A DNA stretch of 64,000 nt from an uncultured Clostridia bacterium (GTDB taxonomy: Bacteria > Bacillota > Clostridia > Peptostreptococcales > Anaerovoracaceae), in assembly GCA_927797855.1 (NCBI GenBank), contig CAKMLH010000001.1:19044-83043 (forward strand), read 5' to 3'. Shown here piece after piece: positions 31,188 through 40,146 of this stretch. Numbering within the stretch: position 1 is the first letter of the stretch; every line of letters starts with the position of its first letter. The notes below the pieces were generated by a model. That model saw nothing but the letters and a program-made list of their open reading frames with translations. It was not told the origin of the DNA and made no database searches. The position numbers and the translations under genes were made by a program.

Positions 31188-32141
31188 ATGAAAAAGCTGA
31201 ATATAGGCATTCTGGGGCCCGGCACAGTGGGCGGAGGAGCCTATGAAATTCTCACAAAGAATCATGATTTAATCCAGAAACGCACAGGCGTATCACTTCA
31301 GGTTGTAAAAATTCTCACAAGAAGGAGCCGTCCGGACCTTCCTGCAGACCTTCTTACAGATGATCCCGATGATATTCTCAATAATCCTGATGTTGATGTT
31401 GTCGTTGAAACAATAGGCGGAATACAGCCCGCTGCATCTTTTATGCTTCAGGCTATGAACCACGGTAAACATGTTGTAACGGCAAATAAGGCTGCAGTGG
31501 CAGCAGAATACCGGGAGCTGACAAAGACCGCTGCTCAAAATAACGTAAAATTCCTGTTTGAGGCCAGCGTGGGCGGAGGAATCCCTGTGCTCACTTCCAT
31601 TGAGGGAGCCCTTTCGGGAAATAATTTCCTCGAAGTTATGGGTATCGTAAACGGAACCACAAATTATATTTTAACCAAAATGACCGAAGAGGGTTCCGAT
31701 TACAGTGAAGTCCTTAAAGACGCTCAGGAAAAGGGATTTGCAGAGGCTGACCCTACATCTGATGTAGAAGGCATCGATGCGGCTAACAAGCTGTGCATAC
31801 TTATGGCCCTTCTCTTTGACAAATATGTTGCACCCTCTGAAATTCCTACAACAGGTATTTCAAAGATTACAGGTGCAGACATCGCCTCTGCTGCTTCGGA
31901 AGGTTGTAAAATCAAGCTTATAGCCCATGCTGCCTTAAAAAACGGTCAGGTTGTGTGCAGTGTGGCACCGGAAAGGATACCGGATTCCCACCCTTTGGCC
32001 GGTGTAAGCAACGAATTCAACGCAGTTTATATTACAGGTGACATGGTTGGTGAAGTAATGCTCTACGGCAAAGGCGCAGGTGCTCTTCCTACAGGAAGTG
32101 CAATAGTGGGTGATATAATAAGCATAGCTAAAGAACTTTAA
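31188..32141 (+). CDS. hom: homoserine dehydrogenase (short form, no ACT domain)
   Basis: 317 aa with GILGPGTVGGG, VTANKA, EASVGGGIP, NGTTNYIL, DPT.DVEG.DAA.K and YGKGAG. Confidence 0.88.
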   Translation: MKKLNIGILGPGTVGGGAYEILTKNHDLIQKRTGVSLQVVKILTRRSRPDLPADLLTDDPDDILNNPDVDVVVETIGGIQPAASFMLQAMNHGKHVVTANKAAVAAEYRELTKTAAQNNVKFLFEASVGGGIPVLTSIEGALSGNNFLEVMGIVNGTTNYILTKMTEEGSDYSEVLKDAQEKGFAEADPTSDVEGIDAANKLCILMALLFDKYVAPSEIPTTGISKITGADIASAASEGCKIKLIAHAALKNGQVVCSVAPERIPDSHPLAGVSNEFNAVYITGDMVGEVMLYGKGAGALPTGSAIVGDIISIAKEL

Positions 32142-32179
32142 AAAAGGAAATACTGATATATTAAGGAGGAAGAAATAAA

Positions 32180-32680
32180 ATGAGCTTATACAAGCAGTGG
32201 GTTGACCTTATGGAAGGTCAGACAGATGAAACCTTTGAGTCTTTCTGGGAAGAATACAGTTCTACAGAGAAGAGAATATATGAATATATTCTTTCCAATA
32301 AAGATAAGCATCTTAAAGGCAAATTCAGCGACTTGGCTGAGCAGTTTAAAGCAGACCCTGTTATTTTCATGGGCTTTCTTGACGGTATCAATACCAGTTT
32401 AAAGGAAGCCAATGATTTGGAAAAGTTCACTGAAGATACGGAAATAGACCTTGATGTGGACATGGAAAAGCTATTCTTTAACATGCTCAAAGCCGATGCC
32501 GATTATCTTTATACCCTGCCTCAGTGGGATGATGTTTTGACTGAAGAAAAGAGAAAAGAAATCGTAAAAGACTTCAAACGTTCCAAGACTGTTCACAAGG
32601 AAAAGACACCGGGCAGAAACGATCCGTGCCCTTGCGGATCCGGCAAGAAATACAAGAAGTGCTGCGGCGCAAATAAATAA
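32180..32680 (+). CDS. SEC-C metal-binding motif protein
   Basis: 166 aa and acidic, with the C-terminal [19 protein letters not shown] motif. Confidence 0.75.
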   Translation: MSLYKQWVDLMEGQTDETFESFWEEYSSTEKRIYEYILSNKDKHLKGKFSDLAEQFKADPVIFMGFLDGINTSLKEANDLEKFTEDTEIDLDVDMEKLFFNMLKADADYLYTLPQWDDVLTEEKRKEIVKDFKRSKTVHKEKTPGRNDPCPCGSGKKYKKCCGANK

Positions 32681-32687
32681 AGACTGT

Positions 32688-32712
32688 AAAACCCCTGAAA
32701 TCAGGGGTTTTT
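32688..32712. terminator. bidirectional terminator between the SEC-C gene and queA
   Basis: ACCCCTGA-AA-TCAGGGGT is flanked by an A-run upstream and a T-run downstream. Confidence 0.75.
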
Positions 32713-32728
32713 CTTCACATTAAACAAC

Positions 32729-33802
32729 CTATTTAATAAACATTGCATCACCGTAGCTGAAGAATCTGTATTTTTCCTCAACGGCGATCTTGTATACTCT
32801 CAGAATGTCCTCTCTGTTATAGAGAGCAGAAACCAGCATTAAAAGAGTTGATTTAGGAAGGTGAAAGTTTGTTATCAGGGAATCGATAATTTTAAATTTG
32901 TATCCCGGGTATATGAATATGTCCGTATTTCCATGCCCCGGCTGCACAAGCCAGAGACCCCTTTCCTCATCAAACTTCGCTGCGCTTTCCACCGTTCTGG
33001 TGGAAGTGGTTCCCACTGAAATAATTCTGCCGCCCGAAATTATGGTATCGTTTATCACTGACGCCGTTTCTTCGTTTACAAAATATTCTTCGAAGTGCAT
33101 ATGGTGATCCTCGATGTTCTCCACTTTCACCGGTCTGAAGGTCCCTATTCCCACATGGAGAGTGACATAGGCAGTCTTCACTCCCTTGTCTTCCGCTTTT
33201 TTCAGCAGTTCCTTAGTAAAGTGAAGTCCCGCAGTAGGTGCTGCAACAGATCCTTCATTGCGGCAGTATACTGTCTGATACCTGTCTTTATCTTCTTTGT
33301 TGTTTTCTCTTTCAATATACGGCGGAAGAGGCATCTGCCCCAGTTCTTCAAGTCTTTCAAGGAAAATCCCGTCGTATTCAAAGTCCACTATCCTTGTACC
33401 GTCATCGCCGTAGTCCTTTATGACAGCTCTGAACAGTTTCCCATTGGGCTTATCTGCGCTTCCCGGCCCTGAAAAGATTACAGAATCTCCTGCTTTAAGT
33501 CTCTTTCCCGGCCTGACCATGGTCTCCCATGTATCACCTTTAATTCGTTTGGTCAGCAGAAATTCGATCTTTGCGCCCGTTCCCTCCTTGACTCCGTAAA
33601 GTCTTGCCGGAAGAACCTTTGAGTTATTGAGGACCAGACAGTCTCCCGGTTCAAGATAATCCACTATGTCATAAAAATGCTTATGCTCCACAGCTCCGGT
33701 AGCTCTGTCTACAACCATGAGCCGGGAAAAGTCCCTCTTTTCCGCAGGTGTCTGTGCTATAAGCTCTTTTGGTAATTCATAATCAAAATCATTAATATTC
33801 AT
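32729..33802 (-). CDS. queA: S-adenosylmethionine:tRNA ribosyltransferase-isomerase
   Basis: 357 aa with [15 protein letters not shown], the PLPPYI region and VGTTS.R..E. Confidence 0.94.
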   Translation of the reverse strand: MNINDFDYELPKELIAQTPAEKRDFSRLMVVDRATGAVEHKHFYDIVDYLEPGDCLVLNNSKVLPARLYGVKEGTGAKIEFLLTKRIKGDTWETMVRPGKRLKAGDSVIFSGPGSADKPNGKLFRAVIKDYGDDGTRIVDFEYDGIFLERLEELGQMPLPPYIERENNKEDKDRYQTVYCRNEGSVAAPTAGLHFTKELLKKAEDKGVKTAYVTLHVGIGTFRPVKVENIEDHHMHFEEYFVNEETASVINDTIISGGRIISVGTTSTRTVESAAKFDEERGLWLVQPGHGNTDIFIYPGYKFKIIDSLITNFHLPKSTLLMLVSALYNREDILRVYKIAVEEKYRFFSYGDAMFIK

Positions 33803-33807
33803 AATTC

Positions 33808-34848
33808 TTAAAATGTAACCTGTCTTTCCTCATCATTATTTTCATCGTCACCGGTCCACTGAATTCCAAGATGTCTGTAGCCTTCCCTGGAAACCACTCT
33901 GCCTTTTGGGGTTCTGTAGAGGAGACCGGACTGTATCAGATAAGGCTCATAAACATCCTCAATAGTTACTCTTTCCTCTCCGATGGATGCAGCAATAGTG
34001 TCAATACCTACAGGCCCTCCGTTGAACCGTTCAATGATGGTAGTAAGAATTTCCCTGTCCAGGCGCTCAAGACCCATATCATCAACTCCAAGGGCATCGA
34101 GACCCTCTCTGGTTATATCGATGTCTATTATACCATTTCCTTTGACCTGAGAAAAGTCTCTTATTCTCTTGAGCATTCTGTTTGCCACACGCGGCGTACC
34201 CCTTGATCTTCTTGCCATTTCGGCAACCGACTGGTCATCAATGGTTACACCGAGTATCCCCGCAGTTCTCTTTATAATCTGTGCCAGTTCCTCCGGTGTA
34301 TACATTTCAAATTTGCCCAGTACGCCGAACCTGTCTCTTAAAGGCGCAGAAAGGCTTCCTGCTCTTGTTGTCGCGCCGATAAGGGTGAATTTGGCCAGAT
34401 CCAGCCTTATTGAACGGGCTGACGGACCTTTGCCTATTATGATATCCAGAGCATAATCTTCCATGGCCGAATAGAGAACCTCTTCCACAGAACGGTTAAG
34501 TCTGTGTATTTCGTCTATAAAAAGGACATCGTTGTCGTTAAGATTAGTCAGAATAGCTGCTAAGTCTCCTGCCCTTTCTATTGCAGGACCTGAGGTTATT
34601 TTAATATCCACGCCCAGCTCATTGGCAATTATGCCTGCAAGTGTTGTTTTGCCAAGTCCCGGCGGGCCGTAAAAAAGCACATGGTCAAGGGGCTCTCCTC
34701 TCATACGTGCTGCCTCTATAAAAATTTTAAGGTTATCCTTTACACCCTGCTGGCCTATGTAGTCATCAAGATGCTGCGGACGAAGCCCTGCTTCGCTTCT
34801 TCCCTCACCGGCCTTCATATTAGCAGATGTGATTCTTTCATTTTCCAT
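33808..34848 (-). CDS. ruvB: Holliday junction branch migration helicase RuvB
   Basis: 346 aa with [21 protein letters not shown] and FIDEIHRL. Confidence 0.96.
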   Translation of the reverse strand: MENERITSANMKAGEGRSEAGLRPQHLDDYIGQQGVKDNLKIFIEAARMRGEPLDHVLFYGPPGLGKTTLAGIIANELGVDIKITSGPAIERAGDLAAILTNLNDNDVLFIDEIHRLNRSVEEVLYSAMEDYALDIIIGKGPSARSIRLDLAKFTLIGATTRAGSLSAPLRDRFGVLGKFEMYTPEELAQIIKRTAGILGVTIDDQSVAEMARRSRGTPRVANRMLKRIRDFSQVKGNGIIDIDITREGLDALGVDDMGLERLDREILTTIIERFNGGPVGIDTIAASIGEERVTIEDVYEPYLIQSGLLYRTPKGRVVSREGYRHLGIQWTGDDENNDEERQVTF

Positions 34849-34909
34849 TTATATTTATACCTTTCTATTGTCTTTTTCAGAAGGTTGTAAAAAGCTTGCA
34901 GACCCTTCA

Positions 34910-34950
34910 ATGTTGTAAAGGAATCAGTTTTCATATAAATTCATCAACAT
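34910..34950. repeat. fifth copy of the 41-nt ATGTTG...CAACAT unit, in the ruvA-ruvB spacer
   Basis: The sequence is ATGTTGTAAAGGA-ATCAGTTTTCATATA-AATTCATCAACAT. The end-to-end length (41 nt) is the same as for the murI/pepF array units. Confidence 0.7.
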
Positions 34951-34965
34951 TACCCGTATTAGCAG

Positions 34966-35592
34966 CTAAAAAATCTGCTTTAGAGCCTTTTTGATGTATT
35001 CCTCTCCTGTAAGCCCCTCTTCAGGTACCCTGGACACAGCTGCAAATGCCTCTGCCTTGCTGTATCCCAGACTTACAAGGGCATAAATTGCCTCTGTTCT
35101 GGCATCGTCCGCTACTTCTGCTCCCAAAGCTGCCGGGGAATAAGCCAGTCCATCTGCAGCATTGGAAGTGCCGGCTGAAGCCCCCATCTTGCCCACTTTA
35201 TCTTTAAGCTCAAGTATGAGTCTCTCCGCAGTTTTTTTGCCCACTCCGTTAGCCTTGCTGATCTCCTTCACATCCTCAAAGACAATGGCTCTTCTCAGTT
35301 CATCAGCTGACATTGAGCCCATTATGGACATTGCTCCCTTCGCTCCGATACCGCTTACGGTTATGAGCATGCGGAACAGGTCCAGACTTTCTCTGTTGTG
35401 AAATCCGTAGAGGCTTATATCGTCTTCCTTGACTATCATTGCCGTAAATACGGTTATCTCCTCTCCTTCTCCGTATTTATACAGAGGCGATCCCGCCGGA
35501 ATATTTATTTCGAAACCGATTCCCGATGGTGTTTCAACAACTATCCCTCCGGAAAAAGTCATAGCATAATAGCCTTTAATATATTTTATCAA
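34966..35592 (-). CDS. ruvA: Holliday junction DNA helicase RuvA
   Basis: 208 aa with an IKYIKG N-terminus, an HhH pair (VSGIGAKGA..., ANGVGKKTAERL) and a C-terminal domain III. Confidence 0.92.
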   Translation of the reverse strand: MIKYIKGYYAMTFSGGIVVETPSGIGFEINIPAGSPLYKYGEGEEITVFTAMIVKEDDISLYGFHNRESLDLFRMLITVSGIGAKGAMSIMGSMSADELRRAIVFEDVKEISKANGVGKKTAERLILELKDKVGKMGASAGTSNAADGLAYSPAALGAEVADDARTEAIYALVSLGYSKAEAFAAVSRVPEEGLTGEEYIKKALKQIF

Positions 35593-35595
35593 TTT

Positions 35596-36105
35596 TTATA
35601 TTCCCTCCTTGATGCGAAGCTTCCTTCTGCCCCCCGGTCCTGCACTGTGCCCGTGACAGATGGCTGCTGCAAGTGCATCGGCTGTATCGTCGGGCTTGGG
35701 CACTTCTTCAAGGTGAAGAATGGCCTTAACCATGGACTGAACCTGTTTTTTGTCAGCTCTGCCGTACCCCACCAGGGCCTGCTTTATCTGAAGCGGTGTA
35801 TACTCGTTTATTTTCAGACCTTTTTTTGCACAGGCAAGCACGGCTACTCCTCTGGCTTCGCCTACAAGGATAGCAGTCTTGGCATTATTGTTAAAGAAAA
35901 GTTCCTCGATGGACGCCTCCTCGGGCTGATATTCATCAATTATACGGCTTATTCCGTCATGCAGAACGCACAATCTTGAGGGCATATCCATGGCTGCATC
36001 TGTAATCAGAGAGCCATAAGTCACTACAGAAAAATGATTGCCCTTCATGTCCAGAATCCCATATCCTAGAATGGCATAGCCGGGGTCAATTCCCAGAATT
36101 CTCAT
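35596..36105 (-). CDS. ruvC: crossover junction endodeoxyribonuclease RuvC
   Basis: The start is at MRILGIDPG (36105). The RNase H-like fold with the DTADALA acidic motif is present. Confidence 0.92.
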   Translation of the reverse strand: MRILGIDPGYAILGYGILDMKGNHFSVVTYGSLITDAAMDMPSRLCVLHDGISRIIDEYQPEEASIEELFFNNNAKTAILVGEARGVAVLACAKKGLKINEYTPLQIKQALVGYGRADKKQVQSMVKAILHLEEVPKPDDTADALAAAICHGHSAGPGGRRKLRIKEGI

Positions 36106-36251
36106 ATGATTTCTCCATATCTTTTGCTCTGTAAATTGTAACACACAAACATTTGTTTGTCTATATTCCTGTTGAAAAAAACCACTATTTGTGATAAAAT
36201 TGTAACAGGATTATTTCGTTATTTTAATTTGTATTTTACTCGGGGGCAATT

Positions 36252-36719
36252 ATGAGGTATTCAAGACAGAATAAGATTATAGAAATAATAAACAATAACG
36301 AGGTTGATACTCAGGAAAAGCTGGCTGCAATGCTGAGAGACAGCGGCTATGAAGTTACACAGGCTACTATATCCAGAGATATCAAGGAGCTTCAGCTGGT
36401 AAAAACTCTTACCCCTTCGGGCAAATATAAGTACGCAGTCAGCAGCTCCAAGGACCTTCCCGTTACAGACAGATTTGTTAAAATCTTCAGGCAGACGGTA
36501 ACTTCCGTTGATCATTCAGGCAACATAATAATTGTAAAAACCCTTTCGGGATGTGCCAATGCCGCCGGAGAAGCCATAGACACAAGCAATATTCCCCATA
36601 TAAAAGGCTCTCTTGCAGGTGATAACACCCTTCTTCTCATTGCTGATGATCCGGAAAACGTTCCGGCCATCATAGACGAATTTAATAAACTGCTTTACGT
36701 TAACGGTAAGGACGACTAA
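36252..36719 (+). CDS. argR: arginine repressor
   Basis: 155 aa with a winged-helix N-terminus (TQATISRDIKEL) and the C-terminal GTLAGDNT-type oligomerisation motif (GSLAGDNTLL). Confidence 0.92.
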   Translation: MRYSRQNKIIEIINNNEVDTQEKLAAMLRDSGYEVTQATISRDIKELQLVKTLTPSGKYKYAVSSSKDLPVTDRFVKIFRQTVTSVDHSGNIIIVKTLSGCANAAGEAIDTSNIPHIKGSLAGDNTLLLIADDPENVPAIIDEFNKLLYVNGKDD

Positions 36720-36731
36720 AGAGGAATAAGG

Positions 36732-38351
36732 ATGATCAGCCATATCAGTATAAATAACTTTGCAATAATAGAAAATACAGAGGTCGACTTTGAAGAAGGC
36801 CTGAACGTTATTACCGGCGAGACAGGCGCCGGTAAATCTATAGTTGTTGAAGCAATCAGTCTTGCCCTCGGCAGCCGTGCGGACTCCTCATCTGTCAGAA
36901 CCGGAGCAGACAAAGCGGTTGTTCAGCTTGCTGGAGACCTCCACGGAGATGAAATCGTCATAACAAGGGAAGTATCCGCATCAGGAAAGAACCTCTGCCG
37001 CCTCAACGGAGAAATCGTTACTCTGGCAAAGCTCAATGAGACATGCAGAAAACTTGCTGATATTCACGGACAATACGATAATCAGTCTCTCTTGGATCCT
37101 GATTACCATCTGGTTCTGATTGATTCCTACCGCAAGGATAAAACAGATCCGACCCGCCTGAAAGTATCACGTGTTTTCAATACTTTTTCCCGGTGCAGAA
37201 GCGAGCTTGCCTCACTTCTTTCCATGGAAAAGGAAAACGCCCGCAGAAAGGATTTTTACAGATTCGAGCTGGATGAAATAGACGGAGCAAATCTCAGAGC
37301 CGGCGAGGATGAAGAACTGGAAGAGAGAATTTCACTTCTGCAGAACAGTGAAAAAATCTTTGAAAACATTGAAAAATCTTACGGCCTTCTCACCGAGGCC
37401 ACCCCTTCTCTTATAGACGGCATCGGTTCATGTCAGAAGGCATTAGAAGAGATATCTTCATATTCACGGGATCTGGAAAATCTGTCAGACGACCTGGGTG
37501 ACATTTATTATCGTCTCCAGGATATAAGCCGGAGCCTGGGTGCATTGCGCGACAGCATCACTTTTTCCCCTGCCGAACTTGACAGTCTTATCTCAAGACT
37601 CAATCAGATTGATAATCTGAAAAAGAAATACGGTTCGTCAATTGAGGAAATTCTTGCATACAGAGATGATATAGCTTCAAAGCTTGAAAAGATAGATAAT
37701 TATGACGAGGAAAAACTTAGCCTTGAAAAGCGCCTTGCCGCATCAAAAAAGGAACTTTTGAGTGCCTGCAGTGTGCTTACAGGTATAAGAAAGGAAATCG
37801 CCGGGGATCTTGAAAATAAAATTTCTGCCGAACTCTGTGACCTGAATTTTAAAGATGCAAAGATAGAAATCAAAGTGGAACCCCTTCCTACCCCAACGGA
37901 GGAAGGCATGGATAAGGTTGAAATCCTTATATCCGCCAACCGGGGTGAACCTCTTAAACCGTTATACAAAATCGCTTCAGGCGGCGAAATGTCACGAATT
38001 ATGCTTGCATTTAAAAATATAATCAGTTCCTCGGATATGATTCCTACATTAATCTTTGATGAGATAGACAACGGCATCAGCGGAGTGACCGCAAGCATTG
38101 TTGCAAAGAAACTTCGTGAGATTTCTCAAAAGCATCAGATCATATGCATTACTCACCTGCCTCAGATTGCCGCTGCAGGTGACAGGAACTATAGAATTTA
38201 TAAAGACTCAGATGGTGAAAAAACCTTCACCCATGTGGAAAAACTGTCAGATGAAGAAAAAATCTCCGAGGTTGCAAGACTCCTTGGCGGTACTACAATT
38301 ACGGATACCACTTTGGCCAGCGCACGCGAACTTATCGCAGGCAGCCTTTAA
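36732..38351 (+). CDS. recN: DNA repair protein RecN
   Basis: 539 aa with GETGAGKS Walker A, a long coiled coil, the SGGE signature (ASGGEMSRIMLA) and LIFDEID Walker B. Confidence 0.93.
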   Translation: MISHISINNFAIIENTEVDFEEGLNVITGETGAGKSIVVEAISLALGSRADSSSVRTGADKAVVQLAGDLHGDEIVITREVSASGKNLCRLNGEIVTLAKLNETCRKLADIHGQYDNQSLLDPDYHLVLIDSYRKDKTDPTRLKVSRVFNTFSRCRSELASLLSMEKENARRKDFYRFELDEIDGANLRAGEDEELEERISLLQNSEKIFENIEKSYGLLTEATPSLIDGIGSCQKALEEISSYSRDLENLSDDLGDIYYRLQDISRSLGALRDSITFSPAELDSLISRLNQIDNLKKKYGSSIEEILAYRDDIASKLEKIDNYDEEKLSLEKRLAASKKELLSACSVLTGIRKEIAGDLENKISAELCDLNFKDAKIEIKVEPLPTPTEEGMDKVEILISANRGEPLKPLYKIASGGEMSRIMLAFKNIISSSDMIPTLIFDEIDNGISGVTASIVAKKLREISQKHQIICITHLPQIAAAGDRNYRIYKDSDGEKTFTHVEKLSDEEKISEVARLLGGTTITDTTLASARELIAGSL

Positions 38352-38357
38352 AAAATA

Positions 38358-38387
38358 CATCCCCGCTTTAAGCAGGGATGATTTTTT
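38358..38387. terminator. bidirectional terminator between recN and the hydrogenase gene
   Basis: CATCCC-N11-GGGATG has AAAAA upstream and TTTTTT downstream. Confidence 0.6.
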
Positions 38388-38400
38388 ATTTTGATTGTTT

Positions 38401-40146
38401 TTATTCTTCCATATCCTGTCTCATATCCAGATTCCAGGAGTTCAGATCTGTATGAAGCAGCTCATGAGCTCTGTGGGACAGAGGATTGTCAAGAAACTCG
38501 CTGTATGTAAGCTTTACAGCCGGATTTTCATGGGAGAACCTTATGTCGTTTATCTTATCGAGACCGTAAAGCTTCTTCGCACGTTCCTCCGCTTTTTCTT
38601 CACCGTCCTTAAACGGCTGTCCGCCTCCGCCTACGCATCCGCCCGGACATGCCATCACTTCAACGAAGTCATAAGCAACTTCACCTTTTCTCACAGCCTC
38701 CACAAGTCTGCGAGCATTTCCCAGACCGCTGACTACAGCAACTTTAAGCTCCGTTCCGGCCAGATCAAAAGTGGCTTCTTTCCATCCGTCCATACCTCTT
38801 ACATTTTTAAAGGCATCGGGATCGGGATTTTTGCCTGTAGCGAGGAAATATGCACTCCTGAGGGCAGCTTCCATTACCCCGCCCGTGGCACCGAAAATTA
38901 CAGCTGCACCTGAGCTTTCTCCGAAAATATCATCAAAAGGCATATCTATAAGATCCTGGGGCTTAATGCTGTCGCTTCTGATGAACCTGTCAAGTTCCCT
39001 TGTGGTAAGCACCAGATCAACATCACTTCCGTAGCCGGCGCTGTTTACCTCGCGGACGCTTCTTTCGTATTTTTTGGCCGTGCAAGGCATTATAGACACT
39101 GAGTAAATCTTAGACGGATCTACGCCCAGTTTCTCCGCAATATATGTCTTTGACAGCGCTCCGAACATCTGCTGCGGCGATTTTGCCGTAGAAAGATCGT
39201 CTACCATATCCGGATACTGGGTCTTCATAAATCTTACCCATCCCGGGCAGCAGGAGGTGTACATAGGCCATTTATACCTGTTCCGGTTTGAAAGCCTTGA
39301 AAGGAACTCACTTCCCTCCTCCATAATGGTCATATCGGCACTGTAATTGGTATCGAAAACATAATCCACGCCGATTTTTTTAAGTGCACATACAAGCTTG
39401 CCCATGGTTGCGTCTTTGTCTTTGAGCCCTATCTGCTCTCCCCATGCGGTTCTCACCGCAGGAGCAACCTGTGCGATAATGACTTTATCCTCATCTGCAA
39501 TAGCATCATTGAAGGTCAGCCGGTCATCTCTTTCTCTGAGAGCACCTACAGGACAATGTGTGATGCACTGTCCGCAGAGAGCACAGTCTATCTCATTGAT
39601 ATTGTTATTTTCACGCACTCCGATTGTGGTTCTGTATCCTGAACCAATTAGGTTCCATACGCCCAGATCCTGAACTTTTTCGCAGATCTGAACACATCGC
39701 ATACATTTCACGCACTTTGATGCATCTCTTATAAGAGGAATATTTAAATCCCACCTGGCCTTTTCTGCTATATTATTATAATCGTTTGTGATTATGCCCA
39801 TATCGTTGGCAATAGACTGCAGAGTGCAGTTTCCGCTCTTTATACAGCTTGCGCAGTTGGCATTATGGTCGGAAAGAATCAGTTCAACATTGATTCTCCT
39901 TAAGCTGCGCACCCGAGGGCTGTTTGTGAATATTTCCATTCCCTCTTCACATGCGGTGTTGCATGCGGTTACAAGCTTCTTCATACCTTTGATTTCAACC
40001 ACACAAACTCTGCAGGCACCTATTTCGTTCAGCCCTCTCAGGTAGCAGAGATGCGGGATATGTATACCGACTTTTTCCGCTGCATCCATTATAGAGGTTC
40101 CCTCTTTGACGGTTACTTCCTGTCCGTTTATCATCAGCTTTACCAT
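38401..40146 (-). CDS. hydA: [FeFe]-hydrogenase catalytic subunit (CpI-like M3 architecture)
   Basis: 581 aa with an N-terminal 2Fe-2S fold, a His-ligated cluster region (HNANCASC) and two ferredoxin-type CxxCxxCxxxC motifs. The H-cluster motifs TSCCPGW, MPCTAKKYE and EVMACPGGCVGGGGQP are present. Confidence 0.93.
   Translation of the reverse strand: MVKLMINGQEVTVKEGTSIMDAAEKVGIHIPHLCYLRGLNEIGACRVCVVEIKGMKKLVTACNTACEEGMEIFTNSPRVRSLRRINVELILSDHNANCASCIKSGNCTLQSIANDMGIITNDYNNIAEKARWDLNIPLIRDASKCVKCMRCVQICEKVQDLGVWNLIGSGYRTTIGVRENNNINEIDCALCGQCITHCPVGALRERDDRLTFNDAIADEDKVIIAQVAPAVRTAWGEQIGLKDKDATMGKLVCALKKIGVDYVFDTNYSADMTIMEEGSEFLSRLSNRNRYKWPMYTSCCPGWVRFMKTQYPDMVDDLSTAKSPQQMFGALSKTYIAEKLGVDPSKIYSVSIMPCTAKKYERSVREVNSAGYGSDVDLVLTTRELDRFIRSDSIKPQDLIDMPFDDIFGESSGAAVIFGATGGVMEAALRSAYFLATGKNPDPDAFKNVRGMDGWKEATFDLAGTELKVAVVSGLGNARRLVEAVRKGEVAYDFVEVMACPGGCVGGGGQPFKDGEEKAEERAKKLYGLDKINDIRFSHENPAVKLTYSEFLDNPLSHRAHELLHTDLNSWNLDMRQDMEE

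Noticed and set aside
36146-36159. Possible LexA (Cheo/SOS) box CAAACATTTGTTTG in the divergent ruvC / argR-recN promoter region.
   Set aside because: The critical GAAC...GTTC bases are AAAC...GTTT here, so only 10 of 14 positions match the consensus CGAACATATGTTCG. That is too weak to call without comparative or binding data. The nearby repeated AAATTGTAACA (about 36135 and 36207) was also noted but has only two copies.
37168-37173. A CACGTG core that might indicate a parS site (TGTTNCACGTGAAACA) inside recN.
   Set aside because: The flanks (AGTATCACGTGTTTTC) do not match the parS arms.
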